Notes under the pieces: generated by a model
Seen by the model: only the letters and a program-made list of their open reading frames with translations
Databases searched by the model: none
Told to the model about the DNA's origin: nothing
Translations under genes and position numbers: made by a program
Source of the DNA: Leucoraja erinacea
Taxonomy: Eukaryota
Length of the DNA: 64,000 bases
NCBI RefSeq assembly: GCF_028641065.1
Contig: NC_073390.1
Location: 52,824,001 to 52,888,000 of the forward strand
Reading direction: 5' to 3'
Shown here: piece by piece, positions 1 to 12,860 of the stretch
How positions within the stretch are numbered: position 1 is the first letter of the stretch
Layout of the letters: the number at the start of each line of letters is the position of its first letter

Positions 1-169
1 GTCAAGGCCTTTATTTAAGAATTAATCTGGCTTTGACATCTTGCTGCAGCACCATTGCCACTCTTATTATTTAAATCTCCTTTGATCTACTGTAGTACTC
101 ACAATATATCATGTTTTGTTTAAAAGCAGCTGAATATATTGCCTGCAGCTGTAATTATCAAGAGGTGTA

Positions 170-440
170 ATTACATTAACTAATCTTGTATTCCCTGGAA
201 TTTAAGAAAGCTAACTAGTGATTTGATTGATTTTTGGGGGGATTCTGAATGGAATTGAAAAATATATATTTTTCCCGAGTGGATCGGGATGGAAGGACCC
301 ATTGGTTTAATCAATAGTACATTTATATGTTACAGAGGGAAGATAGTTTATACAGGGTAGTACAGCTCAAAATCTCATACGAATGAATCCCTATCCATAT
401 TTCTATATTCAATGTTCAAATTGAGTGAAATAAGGCTAAT
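170..440 (+). mobile_element. Highly degraded CR1 LINE 3' fragment
   Basis: cttgtattccctggaatttaagaaagc...gtgatttgattga resembles the LYSLEFRRLRGDLIE-coding segment of the younger CR1 copies in this window. Confidence 0.45.
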
Positions 441-867
441 GGAATGTTTGCCCATATTCTTATCTAGGAACCTTTAGCATTTGCCATAACCTTGAGGCCC
501 TGCACACTGAAGAATCCAACGAGGTGCATTTGTAGCCAAAACATCCAGTCTCGAAGTGCTGGTAGAAGTCAAACCTTATCACCTGACCTGCAGTGACCTG
601 ACATCTGCCTTAAAGTCCCCAGAGCTTTGGGATTTTCATAAATTACCAGAGTTTTTTGAGTCAAACTACCAGAGTTTTCAATATATTTACAGGGCTGGAA
701 TAATAAGAAGAGAAGTTTTCCGTAAGTCAATCCGACTTGACCCCATCTGAAAATCCTATGTCCGTCCACCCGGACATTAGACCGTAGAATAGTTATGAAG
801 CACAGAAAAACTTCACCCATTGTTATTGTTGGCATGGTCCACATCTGCGAGAGATAATGGTGTGGTT

Positions 868-1150
868 TTGACATTGTCCTGTGTGGAGGGGAGAATGGTT
901 CCTCTGGGTTTGCCTTTCCTGCTGTGGCTGATTAGGCCTATCGTTGATGGGCAGTCCTTCCCACAGCTTCCACAGGTGAAGTTGTCTCTGGCTGTTGGAT
1001 TGTGGATGGAGTGTGTGCTGTTGCCGTCGGCCATTTTGTGGCATTGGCATCTGGCATCCAAGGTCTTGAATCACATGCTCTCCTGGTGCTTTACACCTGC
1101 CTGGAGGCCCTTTACATGCACACCCATTATGTTCACACCAAACATGAGGC
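868..1150 (-). mobile_element. RTE-clade LINE 3' fragment
   Basis: ORF 813..1061(-) contains FTCGSCGKDCPSTIGLISHSRK, the CxxC...IGLxSHxR C-terminal zinc knuckle typical of RTE ORFs. Confidence 0.6.
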
Positions 1151-1249
1151 ATCTGTCTGTATGAACCCGACTTACCAGCACTTGGTCTATGACCTTCCAT
1201 GCCTTGGCAGTTCAAGCACTCATCTAGATGCTTCTTAAATGTAAGTAGT

Positions 1250-1550
1250 TTGAGTACCAGAGAACATGGGTTTAAGGTGGGGGGGGTGTGGAAAAATGTA
1301 ATAGGAACCTGGGGGAACTATTTTACACAAAAGGTGGTGGATGTACGGAACGAGCTGCCAGAGGAGGTAGTTTGAGTCTGGTACTATCATGACATTTAAG
1401 AGACATTTGGACAGGTACATGGCTAGGATTAGTTTAGAATGCTAAGGGCCAGGCATAGGCAGGTAGAACTAGTATAGAAAGGGCATGTTGGTTGGCATGG
1501 GGAAGTTGGGCCGAAGGGCCTGTTTCCACGCTGCTTGTCTCTACGACTCA
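1250..1550 (+). mobile_element. CR1 LINE 3' fragment
   Basis: tttttacacaaaaggtggtggatgtacggaacgagctgcc, then the tail gggccgaagggcctgtttcc. Confidence 0.8.
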
Positions 1551-2026
1551 AGTTATTTCCAGCATTCAGTGCATTCCTGATTCCAATCACACTCTGGTTA
1601 AAAAAAAAAAAATCTTCCTGAAAACCCCTCTAACTTCTTACTTCCCTTAAACCTTTGGCTCTTGTTTTCCTTTCATTAAAAGTTATATTGTTCTTGGAAC
1701 ATTTACAGCATTGAATCAGCAGCAAGTTCCAGAGGCCAAGGATGTATAAGAAGTAATTATTGTATGAAGAGTAATTCCATTAACTGCGCTTGTACAGAAT
1801 TCCCTGGAAAATAGAAAGTCTCACGTGATTTGATTGAATTTTTTGGATTCAGGATGGAATTGATAAATATATGTTTTTTACCTCGTAGATTTGGGCCAGT
1901 AGAGCAGTGGCCTAAAATCAAAGTTGAAAAGTCATACATCATGGAAACAGGCTCTTTGACCCACCTTGGCCATGCTGAACAAAAGCTCCATCCCTGCTTG
2001 TCCCGATTGCTTGAGTCTGCTCCAGA

Positions 2027-2186
2027 TAGAAACATAGAAACATAGAAAATAGGTGCAGGAGGTGCTTTGAGCCAGCACTGCCATTCATTGTGATCATGGC
2101 TGATCGTCCCCAATCAATAACCCGTGCCTGCCTTCTCCCCATATCCCTTGACTCCACTAGCCCCTAGAGCTCTATCTAACTCTCTA
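2027..2186 (-). mobile_element. CR1 (HER1-like) 3' end with (CTATGTTT)n tail
   Basis: agaaacatagaaacatagaaaataggtgcagg is the reverse complement of the tail on plus-strand copies. Confidence 0.85.
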
Positions 2187-2199
2187 AATCTCTCTAATA

Positions 2200-3545
2200 T
2201 CCCTCTAAACCTTTCCTTTCCATGTACCATTTCAAAATGTGGTCTTTGAACTGTCTTTGAAATCTTGAAATTGTACCAACCTCAAGTATTTCATTTAGCA
2301 GCTCATTCCATATACCTGCCACCCTCTGTGTGACAAAGTGACCTCTCTGGTTCTGATTACATCATTCCCCTCTCATCTTGATTTCTCCACCCTGGGAAAA
2401 AGTTATTGTGTATTCACCCTATCGATTCCCCTCACGATTTTATAACCCTCTATAAGATCGCCCCTCAGCTTCCTGCGCTGCAAGGAATAAAGTCAGAGCC
2501 TACCCAACCTCTCCCTGTAGCTCAAGCCCCCAAGTACTGGCAATATCCCTGTTAATCTTCTATGTACTTGCTCCAGCATAATGGCATTTTCCCTACAGCA
2601 GGGTGACCAAAACGGGACAGAATACTCCAAGATACACAAAATTGCTGGAGAAACTCAGCGGGTGCAGCAGCATCTATGGAGTGAAGGAAATAGGCGACGT
2701 TTCGGGCCGAAACCGAAGGGTTTCGGCCCGAAACGTCGCCTATTTCCTTCGCTCCATAGATGCTGCTGCACCCGCTGAGTTTCTCCAGCAATTTTGTGTA
2801 CCTTCGATCTTCCAGCATCTGCAGTTCCTTCTTAAACACAGAATACTCCAAGTGCAGCTTCACCAAAATCTTGTAAAACTGTAACTTAATGTCCCACTTT
2901 CCAGACTCAATTCCATGATTGATAAAGGCCCGAATATCAAAAGCCTTCTTCACCACCCTATCCACCTGCAACTCCGCTTTCTGAGAGTTATGTACTTGTA
3001 CTCCTAGATCCCTCTGCTCTATAATACTCCTCAGGGCCCTACTGTTCATTGTGAAGGTCTTGCCTGGTATGACTTCCCAAACGCCAACACCTCACAATTA
3101 TCTGAATTAAACTCAATTATCCAACATACTTGACCGGTTGATCAATATCTCACTGTGATAACCATTTTTGTGTTTATGATATCAGTTATCTTAGGGTCAT
3201 CTGCAAAATAACATCATGCCTTGTATATTCACAAGCGCATTGTTAATACAGATGACAAACAACAATGGGCCCAACATTGATCACTAAGGCACACTACTAG
3301 TCACATGCCTCCAGTCCAAAACAACAATCTTCCTCCACCACCCTCTGCTTTCTATCATGGAGCCAATTCTGTATCTAGTTAGTGAAATCCCCGTTGGTCC
3401 CATGCAATCTAACATTCTAATGAGCCGAATCCTATCAAAGGCTTTGCTGGAGTCCATTGAGACTAAACCTCCCGCTGTGCTCTTATCAACCTTCTTGGTT
3501 ACTTCTTCAAAAAACTCACTCAAATTCATGAGACAATCTCTCGCA
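2200..3545 (-). mobile_element. Degraded CR1 ORF2 (RT region), interrupted by a Penelope-derived palindrome
   Basis: ORFs 3284..3562(-) CLMNLSEFFEEVT..MDSSKAFD and 2552..3049(-) QRDLGVQVH..LVKLHLEYSV are CR1 RT motifs. Confidence 0.85.
2632..2837. mobile_element. Penelope-derived fold-back element with partial hammerhead core, 15-bp TSD
   Basis: About 80-bp inverted arms around gtttcgggccgaaacc-gaa-gggtttcggcccgaaacgtc; TSD acagaatactccaag at 2617-2631 and 2838-2852. Confidence 0.8.
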
Positions 3546-3556
3546 CGCAAAACGTG

Positions 3557-3866
3557 CAGCACAGTGGCGCAGCGGTAGAGTTGCTGCCTTACCGCACCAG
3601 AGACTCAGTATCAATCCTGACTACGTGCTGTCTGTACAGAGTTTATACATCCTCCTGTGGATGCGTGGACTTTCTCTGGGTGATCCAGTTTCCCCACACA
3701 CTCCAAAGACTTACAGGTTTGTAGGATAATTGGTTTCAGTAAAATTTGTAAATTGCCCTTGGTGTATAAGATAATGTTAGTGTATGGGGTGAACACTGGT
3801 TGGCACAGACTCGGTGGGCCAAAGGGCCTGTTTCCACACAGTTTGCCTAAACCACGCTAAACTAAA
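3557..3866 (+). mobile_element. HE1-like tRNA-derived V-SINE
   Basis: Head cagtggcgcagcggtagagttgctgcc (A-box-like), V-domain-like core, CR1-like tail gggcctgtttcc and (taaac)n. Confidence 0.85.
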
Positions 3867-3932
3867 ACCCATGCTGAATAGAGCATGGCCATTTATCGGA
3901 AATATTAGAAAATAATTTTTCAAAATTTTTTC

Positions 3933-4224
3933 TTAAGGATAAAGGGGAAATCCTTTAAAACCGAGATGAGAAGAACTTTTTTCACACACAGTGGTGAATC
4001 TCTGGAACTCTCTGCCACAGAGGGTAGTTGAGGCCGTTTCATTGGCTATATTTAAGAGGGAGTTAGATGTGGCCCTTGTGGCTAAGGGGATCAGGGGGTA
4101 TGGAGAGAAGGCAGGTACAGGATACTGAGTTGGATGATCAGCCATGATCGTATTGAATGGCGGTGCAGGCTCGAAGGGCCAAATGGCCTCCTCCTGCACC
4201 TATTTTCTATGTTTCTATGTTTCT
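3933..4224 (+). mobile_element. CR1 3' end
   Basis: FTxRVVNLWNSLP-coding segment, 3'UTR, (ctatgttt)n tail. Confidence 0.9.
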
Positions 4225-5868
4225 AAATGGTGCTGGAAATGTAGAATTCTCTCCAACTACATTTTTGAATGCTCGTTTGATTTCTTATTTAAAATCTGAT
4301 TTAAGTAGATTTTGCTGGATATAATATACAAAACAAGCAAGGTGGAGTACAGGTGGGCAGATGAAGCTGGATACAGAACAGAATCTCTCATGTAAAGAAC
4401 ATAACAAACTCTATTAATTAGTTAAACAGGACTGAGGTGCTGAACGACCTACTTTTCCTTTATTTTAACTCCAGTGAGATTACGACAATGCCTGAGGGCA
4501 AAAAATTTAAAAAAAAGTGAAAACAGGATTTAAATATTATTTTAAAGCAGTTTGTTAATTCTGAACAATCTTTATTAAATTTGCATTTAATCCTTCCATT
4601 CTTAATCATTATATATCCACGTTAAACATCAACTTTATTGCTTCAATCTCAACTTTTCAGGACGTATTGTTTTCTTTCCATTTGGATTATTTAATACACC
4701 AGGGTTTTCACTTTGGCATGTGCACTTTTGCTCAGATAACTGCTCGTTTGCCTGGGGCTAACTAAGAGCAACTCCTCCGATTACAATCGACTCATAAAAG
4801 GCTAAAGTGTCGCAAGCACATAATCCCAATTTACCAAATATACTTCCCATTCATTCCCATTATTTAGCATTCCAACCCCAAGAATAACATTACATACAAA
4901 ACCCCAATCAACAATAAACATTCCAAGTTCTCTCTCCAGAATAAACATCCCAGTACATAAAACATATTCAGCCACATTGCCAAAGATTATTTATTTGTCA
5001 CAGCGTATTTTAATTTTTAAATAATTCATTGAAGAGCATATTATAATTGACCATTTAATTTGATTAATAATAATACATTATGTTATAATTTGAAGGAGAG
5101 ATTTAATTACAAATCTTTATTGAAAATTCATGTTTTCATTGGAAGTTATTCCATAATAATTCATCAGATTTCTCTCCTAATCAGAAGAGCAATTACTCCA
5201 TCCCCAATCTTCCACTCCTCTCCAGATGTTACAAGTAGCCTTTGCACTATAGACTGCTTCCTTGATTTAATCATTTTGGTATGTTATTTTGTCTGTGCCA
5301 CATTATTTCCCTATTTCAACACAAGCTCAATCAAACCATTCATTATCTAATGTATCTGGTTGACTTTTTGATATAAATTCAGTTCCCTCATTTAAGGTTG
5401 TCCCTGCAAGATTTTAGTTCACATCCCTACTTGTAATTCTCCCTGCAATTCCTTTATAATTATTTGATAAATAATGCCTATTATTTTTGCTGATGATAGT
5501 AGTGTTGCGATTTTAGCCATTGTTTGCAAGTGGTGTTATTGTCTTTGCATCTAGACAATATTTGCTGTAATCTTACTTACTCAGATATTCCTTGTGAAAT
5601 TTGATTCTGTTTTAGGTTCGGCCAATATCAATTGCAGTCATTAGTTCGCAATGTATCAACTATGTTCTCTTCAGCCACGTTAACACACTGGATACAACAT
5701 GTATTAATTAGCAATTAGACCAAACCATTAGTATTATGAATGGCAACTTTAAATTATTATTACTATTACTATTATTATGTAACAAATGCTCCACACAGAT
5801 AATTTTGGTGCTAATGGGAAAAACTTTGTTGAATCCATTTTCAAATCTAATTAAAAAAAAACATCACA

Positions 5869-6297
5869 GCTATATTCACTGGAGTTTAGAAGGATGAGGG
5901 GATATTTTATAGAAACATATAAAATTATAAAAGCACTGGACAAGCTAGATGCAGGAAATATGTTCCCAATATTGGGCGAGTCCAGAACCAGGTGCCACAG
6001 TCTTAGAATAAAGGGGAGGCCATTTATGACTGAGGTGAGAAAAAACTTTTTCACCCAAAGAGTTGTGAATTTGTGGAATTCCCTGCCACAGAGGGCAGTG
6101 GAGGCCAATTCACTGGATGGATTTAAGAGAGAGTTAGATAGAGCTCTAGGGGCTAGTGGAGTCAAGGGATATGGGGAGAAGGCAGGCATGGTTTATTGAC
6201 TGGGGACGATCAGCCATGATCACAATGAATGGGGGTGCTGGCTCGAATGGCCGAATGGCCTCCTCCTGCACCTATTTTCTGTGTTTCTATGTTTCTA
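5869..6297 (+). mobile_element. CR1 3' end
   Basis: ORF 5894..6199 ..RTRCHSLRI..FFTQRVVNLWNSLP; (ctatgttt)n tail. Confidence 0.9.
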
Positions 6298-6442
6298 TAT
6301 ATATTTTTTAATCTCAGTTCTCCCAAATGTATTTTTCCTTCGACCTTCTCTGACACATTGGGTGTGCTCATATATATCTTCTCCATGGCATTTGCAGTAC
6401 AAATGTAAGCAAAGACTAGAGGCTGCATATAGCATATTTGAT

Positions 6443-6930
6443 GAAGACTGATTCCTGGGATGTCAGGACTTTCATATGAAGAAAGACTGGATAGTCTCGG
6501 TTTGTACTCTCTAGAATTTAGAAGATTGAGGAGGGATCTTATAGAAACTTACAAAATTCTTAAGGGGTTGGACAGGCTAGATGCAGGAAGATTGTTCCCG
6601 ACGTTGGGGAAGTCCAGAACAAGGGGTCACAGTTTAAGGATAAGGGGGAAATCTTTTAGGACCGAGATGAGGAAAACATTTTTCACACAGAGAGTGGTGA
6701 ATCTCTGGAACTCTCTGCCACAGAAGGTAGTTGAGGCCAGTTCATTGGCTATATTTAAGAGGGAGTTAGATGTGGCCCTTGTGGCTAAAGAGATCAGGGG
6801 GTATGGAGAGAAGGCAGGTACAGGATACTGAGTTGGATGATTAGCCATGATCATATTGAATGGCGGTGCAGGCTCGAAGGGCCGAATGGCCTGCTCCTGC
6901 ACATATTTTCTATGTTTCTATGTTTCTATG
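6443..6930 (+). mobile_element. CR1 3' end (young subfamily)
   Basis: ORF 6460..6831 GLSYEERL..LYSLEFRRLRRDLIETYKI..; (ctatgttt)n tail. Confidence 0.92.
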
Positions 6931-7248
6931 TAAGAGCAGAACACTGTAAAAGTATGTTGCAGAAAACTAATTCTATGACATGCCTGTGATTGTACTGGAA
7001 GATAAAGAATTATATTTTGTTTAAAGTGGTGATGGAGTCTGTATTAGTTCTATTGTGAACTGTAAATAAGGTTCATGCTTTGGTTATTGATTATAATTCA
7101 GGGCATATTTTTGCGTCTTCAAAGTAGTCTTGATGCTGCCTTCCCCTGGGATGCCAGCTCCTAATGTATGGGCATGGCCAAGTGCTGCCTGATGCAACTC
7201 AGGGCCTCCATCGGTGGCTAGCCACACTCACCCAAAACAGAACAAAAT

Positions 7249-7545
7249 GGCACAGTGGTGCAGTGGTAGAGTTGCTGCCTTACAGCACCAGGGACCCCGT
7301 TTCAATCCACACCACGTGCGCTGTTTGTACCGAGTTTATACGTTCTCCCTGTGGCCATGTGGGTTTTCTCCACGAGCTCCCACATTCCAAAGACGTACAG
7401 GTTTGTAGGTTAATTGGCTTTGGCAATAATTGTGAATTGTCCCAAATGTGTAGGATAGTGCTAGTGTACAGGGATCGATGGTTAGCGCAGACTCGGTCGG
7501 CTGAAGGGCCTGTTTCCGCACTGTATCTCTAAACTAAACTAAACT
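7249..7545 (+). mobile_element. HE1-like V-SINE
   Basis: tRNA-like head, gagtttatacgttctccctgtg core, tail ctctaaactaaactaaac. Confidence 0.88.
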
Positions 7546-7546
7546 C

Positions 7547-8200
7547 TACACCGGACGAACGTAGTAGGTGAAGCAATATCTGCGGAGGCAAAAGATGTAA
7601 GTTGATAGAAACATAGAAACATAGAAAATAGCTGCAGGAGGAGGCCATTCGGCCCTTCAAGCCAGCACCGCCATTCATTGTGATCATGGCTGATCGTCCC
7701 CAATCAATAACCCGTGCCTGCCTTCTCCCCATATCCCTTGATTCCACTAGCTCCTAGAGCTCTATCTGACTCTCTCTTAAATCCATCCAGTGACTTGGCC
7801 TCCACTGCCCTCTGTGGCAGGGAATTTCCACAAATTCACAACTCTCTGGGTGGAAAAGTTTTTTCTCACCTCAGTCTGAAATGGCCTCCCCTTTATTCTA
7901 AGACTGTGGCCCCTGGTTCTGGACTGGCCCAACATGTTTCGGGCCAGGGCACTTCATCAGGACAACGAGGAAGGAGCAGAAATGGCCAGTATGTAGGAGT
8001 ATGAGGGAGGGGTGCGTTACAGGATGGAGGCAAGAGTTGGATGGAGTGGCGATTCGGGGCTGGATGGGATGATGGGGGGAGGTAAACAAAGGGAGAAAAA
8101 AGTTAGGTGAGGAGGTGAATGTGTGGGGAAGGATAAAAACAAGGAATGTGGGGAATCTGACATTAGAAAATTCAGAGAAGAGCATGGAGAGCCATGGAGG
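7547..8200 (-). mobile_element. Penelope-like element 3' region with hammerhead core, split by a CR1 insertion
   Basis: Minus strand reads ..SEFSNVR (like the NIEFSNF-type C-terminus of vertebrate PLE GIY-YIG ORFs), then a pyrimidine-rich UTR, then cctgatgaagtgccctggcccgaaac (7936-7961). Confidence 0.65.
7606..7934 (-). mobile_element. CR1 3' end nested in the PLE
   Basis: Reverse (ctatgttt)n tail plus CR1 C-terminal coding sequence. Confidence 0.88.
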
Positions 8201-8681
8201 TCCAGTAACATCATTGTCAAAGCTGTCACTGATTTTCAATGTTCGTGAATGTCTTTAATATTGAAAAACACCTGGAAAACATTAAATATAACATTAAAAG
8301 TTTAACATTTTGAAACAATTAAATGGATATAAACCAACTAACTTGAGAGGTCTACTTCTCAGTGCACGGGCTTGCCGTAACTGCAGAGGTTTTCGTAGAA
8401 CGGTTGAATTCAAAGCAGGGACCAAATTGTAGCACAGATTCAGCTAGCAGCTTAGCTGACCCAATGGCAGATGCCATTGCAGGTTTAAGGCTGCAGCCGT
8501 GTCTGACCTCACAACCAAAGCACAGCGGTCGGAGCAGAATATCCGCCCTTAGTCATTGAGGTCTGAGAAATAATTATATGGAAATGACGGGCGGAATTGT
8601 TGAGATCAAGCATTACCCAGAGGTAAAAATGAATAATTCGTAAATGTTATACAGCTAAGAATTATTTTGTTAGATGAAGGT

Positions 8682-9115
8682 CAGCACAGTGGCGCAGCGG
8701 TAGAGTTGCTGCATTACGGTGCCAGAGACCTGGGGTTCGATCCTGACCTCAGGTGCTGTATGATCAGAGTTTGTATGTTCTCCCTGTTACCAAGTGGGCC
8801 TTCTCTGGATTCCTCCCACATTCCAAGGACGTTCAAATTTGTAGGTTAATTAGCTTCTGTAAATCGCCCCTGGTGTGTAGGATGTGAGCGTGGGATAACT
8901 TTGAACTAGTATACGGGTATCGATGGTTGGCGTGGCCCCGATGGGCTGAAGGCCCGGTTTCCATGCTGCATCGCTGAACTAAACTATCCACAGTTAGCCA
9001 TGGATAGGAAACGTTTAGAGGGATATGGGACCAAGTGCGGGCAGGTGGGACTAATGTAGAAGGGACATCTTGGTCGGCATGGGCAAGTTGGGCCGAAAGG
9101 CCTGATTCCACACTG
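8682..9115 (+). mobile_element. HE1-like V-SINE followed by a short CR1 tail
   Basis: cacagtggcgcagcggtagag...gggttcgatcc (A and B boxes); SINE tail near 8985; CR1 3'UTR 8998-9115. Confidence 0.85.
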
Positions 9116-10592
9116 TGATGAGCAGCAGAATTATGATCCTTAACTTTCTGTAAAAATAATTCTGAGGCTACACATACTTGTTATTTGTGTGAAAATGCCA
9201 CTGGAACTTAAGCAAGGTTGGATGTGCCATTAGTGATGGAAATTCAAAAGATGCCCGCAGAATTGTGCCACACTGCCACTGGTCTCACAGGAGGACCTGT
9301 CAGTGTTTTGCTCACCATTCCAATGCAGGAAACAACTTTCCTCTAACTTGTGTTATGGATATAAACCAAGCTCTCTGCAGAAAGTTAGAGTTGGTCTCAA
9401 GTGGCACAAGAGTCGTTTTAAAGTTTGTGCTTATTTAACTAAAACCTGTCAGTAGCTGCCAGAGATTATTTTAATGATGATTTAATTGTTAGTTACTGTC
9501 AAAAACTTCCCTGCCATTAAAAATTAACCATTACAAAGATAGCGCCTATTTTCGTAACTATAGAATATCGTCGGATTTTTATTAAATCTAAAATTAAATA
9601 CCTTTCAATATTATTTTTACTACCTCTATTTTCTCCGTCTATATTTTCATTCAACCAATCTTTTTGTTTAAATTTGTTTTTCACAATCGACCTAACTAGA
9701 CCCCAACTCCAATTGACATGCCCTTCCCAATACTTGCACGGTGCATTTGAAAACCTTTCAATGTGATCACGGAGGCAGACAGTTATTTGACCTGTTCATT
9801 CACTCCCCTGCTCACCTCACTGTGAATTTTTCCAGCCACACTTCCAGCAATCTGCCATGCAAAAATATTGGGAATTAAATAAGAACGGACAGCTCTAATC
9901 CATCACAGGCACCGTGAGTTTAATTCCTACAGCATATCATGGCCAATAATAATTCAGGAAGAATCAAACAGATGATTTTTATAAAACATTTGCTATTTCT
10001 GTAGGAAGGAAAAGGAAGAATAAAAAGACAGACAGAATTAAAAAAAAAATTCCTGGCTCTCTCGAACCCTCCACCTTCGTATGGTTTTGTTTTTGAATCC
10101 TTCTTATCCCGATGTACCATCTTGCATAGTTCTACTCCTGAATGACCCTCCCTGAGCTAATTCATTTCCAAGGCCAAATATCATTCCCCTTCTGAATGAC
10201 AACTGTTGATCTAGTTAGACCAAAAAAAAAGTAAAAAAGCCTAGAAATGTTCATCAGGAGATATGATGGGTCAAATTCAATATAGTTGCAACACGTTGCT
10301 TTTTCTTGCACTTGATGTTGAGGTGAAAAAGGTTTATCTATTTTGTTTTTTAATTGTATCAACATCACCATTAAAATCAGGGAAATAATATTCTAAACAT
10401 TTTTCTGCCTGCATTTCTGTTAGTAACTGCTGAGATCTAATATTGTGCCAATTTTCTAAAACCTGCACACAAGCAAATCCAGTCACACTTTTTCACACAT
10501 TCAGTGATTTTTTTTAAAAATCAAGGACATTTATTAACTAAAAAAGGAAAACAAGCCCAATCCTCTCAGATAACTGAACGTCTGGCAAAAAC

Positions 10593-10594
<2 letters not shown>

Positions 10595-10627
<33 letters not shown>
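10595..10627. repeat. Poly(C) run, 33 nt
   Basis: Read directly. Confidence 0.95.
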
Positions 10628-10633
<6 letters not shown>

Positions 10634-11794
10634 GGAATGAGGAATAAAAGCATCTACAAACTCCACCAACTTTTTGGAGCAGTTGGAATGCTTCAGGAAA
10701 CAGAGGGGATACACACCTCAGCGTGGGGGGCTTCCTCACTTTGTACACACAGCTTCCCACATCACACAGATCATTGTCTGAAAACTGAAGACTCAGGCAA
10801 AATTCCCTTCCATTAAAATGGCCGCCAGGAAACTGCACAGCGTTTCTGTGGAGCAGACAACATGTTTATCTTTCTTATCGCCAGCGGAAACCTATGGGAA
10901 GCTGTAGACCATTCCCTCAGCCTGTCCCCTGTCACATAATTGTGCTACATTACACAAAATGGATCAGACTCTTAAGCTAATTAGTCGACAATACCTCCTT
11001 CTAAAATAAGTGGGGCTTCCTTTCTTGAACTTCTGAAGACAATGAAGTACAAAGATTAAAAGGAGTAATTGTTCTCGAGAAAAGAAAATATGATATGCCT
11101 CCAAATGTCTATTGGTAAGGTGAATAATTGCTGCAGTGTGCCAAAAATCCAAGTCTTTGAGGTTTTTGAACAGAAGCCAATTTTTCACAGGCTATAGAAT
11201 GGCCTCCAGCATGGATTAAAATAATATTTACCAGCACTTTATACACTTTAGTCACTTTTGTTTGTAACCTTTACGTTCTTTATAGGCATGTGTTTTATAT
11301 AAATCATTATTGACGAAACTAAACAATACATTGTCAAGAGTCGGATCTAGCAACCAATTATCTGTCCATTGCTTGATGTTCAGCTCATATTTCAAACTGA
11401 AGTGACCTGTCTTAAAATAGCATGCGGAATAGGTAAAGATCATTTACTCCTCTAATGGGTTCTGTTGAAGCTATATTTTATGAAAGCAAATTAAATTTAT
11501 TATTAATCAACAATTTTGGATGTGGAAACCAGACTATGATTCATTAGCTTACGGGACAAATAACCAAGGAAAAATCAACAAGAAAATATATTAAAAATTT
11601 CAAAATTATTGTATTTTGTTAAAAAAAAAAGTATAAACATTTTTAATGTCCTGACATTCCTGAAATGGTTTATCTTTTTCCTTCTTTATTCCCATTTGTC
11701 GTACCACAGTAGAGGTCCTCAGAAAACCTTATCAGTAGCCATTATTTGAATGGAGGTTTAATAGTAAGCAAGTAGTCATTTCAACATATAACAG

Positions 11795-12860
11795 AGAACA
11801 AAGAACACTGCAGCATAAGAACAGACCCTTCAGCACACAATGCCTGTGCCGAACATGATGCCAAGATCATCACTTCTTCAGACGAAGAAGGGTTTCGACC
11901 CGAAATCTCGCCCATACCTTCTCTCCAGAGATGCTGCCTGGCCCACTGAGTTACTTCAGCATTTTGTGTCTATTTACCATCTATCTAATGTTGCCAGGTG
12001 CATGCTTGACTTAAATTCTATCTTCCATTCCTCCGCCCATTTCAGCAACTGTATACTTTGATAGCTTTCCCACAGCCCACGACTCCAGCAATCTTGCAAT
12101 AACCCATAACCACCAATTCCCTGCATAACCATATACCTATCGAAAATTATTTTAAATGCTGCTAACATATCAGCTTCAACCACCAATCCCAGCAGCGTGT
12201 TCCAGGCACTCACCACTCTCTGAAAAAAACGTACCCCCCACATCTCCTTTAACGTTGGCCCCTCTCACCTTAAAACTATGCCTTCTAGTATTAGATTTTT
12301 CCATCCTGGGAAAAAGATTCTGACTGTCTACCCTCTCTAAGCCTCTCGTAATTTTATATACTCCTATCGGGTCTCCTAGCAAACTCCAGCATTCCGGAGA
12401 AAATAATCCAAGTTTGTCCAACCTCTCCCTGTAGCTTCTGGCCCCTAATCCAGGGATCATTCTAGTAAACCCTCCTCTGCACACTTTCCAAAGCCTCCAC
12501 ATCATTTCTGTACTGGAGTGAGCAAAACTGCACTCCATACTCAAAATGTGGCCTATCTAAAGCCCTATAAAGGTGCTCACCAAAGATAGACACAAAATGC
12601 TGGAACAACTCAGCGGGACAGGCAGCATCTCTGGAGAGAACGGGTGACATTTTGGGTTGAGACCCTTCTCCTATAAAGGTGCATCTTGACATCCTGACTC
12701 TTATACTCAATGCCCCAGCCTATGAAGGCAAGAATACCACATGCCTTCTTTACCACACACTTGCTTGGATTAAATTCCATCTGCCATTTCTCTGCCCATT
12801 TCTGCAGCTGATCTATATCCAGCTGTATATTTTGACAGCCTTTCTCACAGTTCACGAACC
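11795..12860 (-). mobile_element. CR1 ORF2 3' fragment with two PLE-derived inserts (about 11872-11975 and 12577-12669)
   Basis: ORFs 12176..12544, 12462..12710 and 12610..12855(-) carry CR1 motifs (WAEKWQMEFN, RPHFEYGVQF); second insert has TSD cctataaaggtgc at 12564-12576 and 12670-12682. Confidence 0.85.

Noticed and set aside
3557-3640. tRNA genes at SINE heads
   Set aside because: No full cloverleaf; each continues into a SINE body
8505-8598. HDV-like ribozyme
   Set aside because: P1/P2-like crossing helices exist, but there is no P3/L3 (UYCHCG) or J4/2 catalytic C pattern
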